Source: Verrucomicrobiia bacterium (GTDB taxonomy: Bacteria; Verrucomicrobiota; Verrucomicrobiia; Limisphaerales; Pedosphaeraceae). From it: a stretch of DNA of 26,385 nt. Below are positions 25,607 through 26,385 of the stretch, in pieces. The notes under the pieces were generated by a model. That model saw only the letters and a list, made by a program, of their open reading frames with translations, was not told the origin of the DNA and did not search any database. The DNA is taken from the NCBI GenBank assembly GCA_035653495.1, contig DASRBR010000023.1, positions 1 through 26,385 on the forward strand, in the 5' to 3' direction. The stretch's first letter is position 1; every line of letters starts with the position of its first letter. Both the position numbers and the translations under genes were made by a program.

Positions 25607-25833
25607 TCCCGAGCTTGAGTGATCTCCGTTTTGTGGACCGGCCGGATTTGCCCGGCTTCCACCGTCACAACTGCGGCCGTGCTTCCTTCCAATGTGGTAA
25701 ATTCGACCTCATAGGCGAGACCATCGCGATACACGTGTATGACGGTGCCCACGTCCCCGGCTTCCAATTTTTCGGCCGGCACCGGGGCCGTCAACACCAC
25801 TCGCTCATGTTCTTTGATCATAACGCTTTTCAT
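25591..25833 (-). CDS. DUF4926 domain protein
   Basis: 'IKEHERVVLTAPVP...LEAGDVGTVIHVY...AYEVEF...AVVTV' matches the DUF4926 pattern as I recall it. Confidence 0.85.
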   Translation of the reverse strand: MKSVMIKEHERVVLTAPVPAEKLEAGDVGTVIHVYRDGLAYEVEFTTLEGSTAAVVTVEAGQIRPVHKTEITQAREMVDG

Positions 25834-25862
25834 GGCTTGCGCGGATAAGCCGTAACCAATCT
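25830..25862 (-). pseudogene. C-terminal stub of the usual DUF4926 partner (DUF6883-like)
   Basis: Reads RLVTAYPRKP*, with the TGA overlapping the DUF4926 ATG (ATGA). Upstream the frame runs into repeat DNA. Confidence 0.55.
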
Positions 25863-25880
25863 AGCCACTTCCAAGATTCG

Positions 25881-25961
25881 CCACAAAAGGCACAAAAGCC
25901 ACAAAATTTGTCGCGCGAAAACCGCGAAGCAGACGAAGGTTTTTCACTCAACTTTCAACAT
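25881..25961. repeat. 9-nt-period triplets followed by heptamers
   Basis: ccacaaaag gcacaaaag ccacaaaat (25881-25907); cgcgaaaac cgcgaagca gacgaaggt (25914-25940); tcaactt tcaacat (25948-25961). Confidence 0.7.
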
Positions 25962-26044
25962 CCACCCACTCGGGATTGTGACGCAGTGAACTGCTTCCTC
26001 GCAAGGGGTTCCGACCTCAACCTACAACATCTTGTATATTTCTA

Positions 26045-26073
26045 TTGACAGCACCATACAAATTGTGTAGGAT
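26045..26073 (+). promoter_or_regulatory. Sigma70-type promoter for the DUF2188 gene
   Basis: TTGACA (26045-26050), 17-nt spacer, TAGGAT (26068-26073). Confidence 0.6.
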
Positions 26074-26083
26074 GCCCGCCATT

Positions 26084-26290
26084 ATGTCAGACAAACGAAT
26101 ATATGTTGAACGGCGCAACGAAGGCGATTACGCGGTCAGACGCCCAGGAGCAGAAAGAGCAAGCGCGGTTGAGTCCACTCAATCACAGGCAATTGAACGG
26201 GCTCGCGAGCTAAATCCCGGCGTGGCGCCGCATGTTGAGCGGGTACGAAACACGAATGTTGGCCACCGAGACAAATGGCGCAAACCTTAA
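26084..26290 (+). CDS. DUF2188 family protein
   Basis: Start moved to ATG 26084; 'IYVERRNEGDYAVRRPGAERASAVESTQSQAIERAREL'. Confidence 0.75.
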   Translation: MSDKRIYVERRNEGDYAVRRPGAERASAVESTQSQAIERARELNPGVAPHVERVRNTNVGHRDKWRKP

Positions 26291-26310
26291 AGGACAACGC
26301 AATGAAGCAA

Positions 26311-26385
26311 TGATATTCCCCTGATTTAGTGGACACGAAAGGGTAAGCTGGTAAATCAAAGACCAGCATATGAGAAAACCGATAA
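26311..26385 (+). mobile_element. Left end (IRL) and OrfA start of an IS3-family insertion sequence, truncated by the window end
   Basis: TGATATTCCCCTGATTTAGTGGACAC aligns with the IS3 left end as I recall it (TGATCTTACCCAGCAATAGTGGACAC). ATG at 26370 opens MRKPI... Confidence 0.75.

Overview
The window is about 26.4 kb of GC-rich bacterial DNA, most consistent with Verrucomicrobiota (Pedosphaera/Limisphaerales-like); this is inferred from gene families such as the prepilin/H-X9-DG protein. Housekeeping content: tRNA-Gly(CCC), an AI-2E transporter, proC, a NifS-type cysteine desulfurase, a polyprenyl synthase, a GH20-like hydrolase, a TPR protein and tRNA-Val(GAC). An accessory stretch follows tRNA-Val: a prepilin-like gene with an E5Q change, a low-GC solo TIR gene, a Tat-exported DUF1460 amidase, and a KaiC-like ATPase/histidine kinase/receiver operon. 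Next come an ECF sigma/zinc anti-sigma/exported-protein operon and a tight porin/type-1-copper cupredoxin/hybrid sensor kinase operon. The window closes with an orphan DUF4926 gene behind a stub of its usual partner, a DUF2188 gene and the left end of an IS3-family element. The non-coding DNA is unusually structured. Several unrelated 7-nt tandem arrays sit just behind stop codons, and one brackets a four-helix-bundle gene. Several REP/REPIN-like palindromes are present, one of them a 63-nt in-frame insert in the cupredoxin leader. All calls come from motif recognition and manual reading; no searches were run.
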